Below the pieces are notes generated by a model. That model was not told the origin of the DNA, did not search any database, and worked only from the letters and a program-made list of their open reading frames with translations. A stretch of 64,000 nucleotides of DNA from Octopus sinensis. Its lineage: Eukaryota. This document shows positions 62,996 to 64,000 of the stretch, piece by piece. Location of the stretch: the NCBI RefSeq assembly GCF_006345805.1, contig NC_043001.1, positions 29,264,001 to 29,328,000 on the forward strand. Direction: 5' to 3'. How positions within the stretch are numbered: position 1 is the stretch's first letter; each line of letters begins with the position of its first letter. The translations under genes were made by a program, and so were the position numbers.

Positions 62996-64000
62996 GTAAA
63001 TTCCATGTCTTTTTACTGCTTGTTTGGAGTATTTTAAACTTCTGTTGTTTTTTAATTTAATCATTGAAACACATGTAAAAAAAAAAAAAATTTTTTTTTT
63101 TTAGTCTACAAAGAAGCTTATCAACTAAAACACCTTGTCAGTAATTTCGATGTTTCGGTCGCATATTTCTAAATATTTGCAAAAGTATTATTAAAAATAT
63201 GAAAATATATTGGCTTAGTTATATTTTAGTTTAGCAGAATAAGCATTAATTTGGAAAAAGTGAAGAATATTTTAACATTCTTTTCCAATAATTTGATTTT
63301 GAAAATCTCTACCAAAATATTCGAATATCTTTAATTTTGATTGTTCTTCATTAGATTATGCATTTCCAATGTCTTTTTCTTACCTGCTTTATACTGTTGA
63401 AGGTGTCGCAGAGAGAGTGAACTCCTGGATATCCTGCCAATTTCAGAATCTCTTAGGGTTGCTATATTGGAGTTGTTTCCTGCTATTATTCCTGGCTCAT
63501 AAGGATGGCAAGCTAACAAATATTAATTAATTATACACGACTCCTACTCTTATGTTTGTAAGCTTTATCTACAACATTACCTATTTGCAGCTAAATGAAC
63601 TGAACCAGCGAGTGTTTAGTATTGTGGCTATCAGACTGTACAGCTTGGTGATGGGATTCGAAATGTCGTCAAACATTCTGCAACTAGTCACTCACTGTCA
63701 ACAAATCTGCTCCTCTACAAGATGTTTCTTTTAACTGGAAACTTGTGAAAGTTTTTGCAATTTACATATGTACATGTATATATTCACCCGACCCTTCACC
63801 CCTTCACATATATACTCATACTTTTTTTTTATTGCGTAGTTTTGTTTTTATTAACAATATCAGGCTCCGTAATATTTAGATAGCTAGAAAAGTATTTTTT
63901 CATACTTTATTTTGGTAATTTAAAAAATTCATTAGAATAGTTTTTTTTTTTTTTAAATACAGTAACATTTTTAATTGTACATTTTATAGAAATTGGAACA

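Overview
AT-rich, repeat-dense eukaryotic genomic DNA. The repeat families (RTE LINEs with (GAT)n tails, tRNA-derived SINEs) point to an octopus or other coleoid cephalopod; this is an inference. The one recognisable gene is OGDH (mitochondrial 2-oxoglutarate dehydrogenase E1) on the + strand. Its ATG is at 11757 and the first 500 codons join in frame across canonical GT-AG introns: 11757-11990, 28586-28765, [39802-39904 OR 43111-43210], 56970-57070, 57266-57420, 58255-58401, 59689-59959, 61110-61238, 62816-62995. The gene continues past the window end. The main result is an alternative-splicing module in the N-terminal regulatory region. It has a pair of mutually exclusive IRGH..DPLG exons, only one of which carries a SADLD motif resembling the mammalian Ca2+ site DADLD. 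It also has a candidate 33-nt in-frame insert exon (55892-55924), a weaker 66-nt candidate, a hairpin of about 23 bp and an orphan textbook 3' splice site just upstream of the second exon. This parallels the mammalian Ca2+-sensitive/insensitive OGDH splice switch. The rest is decayed transposons (RTE, SINEs, mariner, Tigger-like, Sola-like, Helitrons, piggyBac- and hAT-type MITEs, a probable solo LTR) and microsatellites. No rRNA, true tRNA gene or CRISPR array is supported. Repeat coordinates are approximate; exon coordinates were read base by base.
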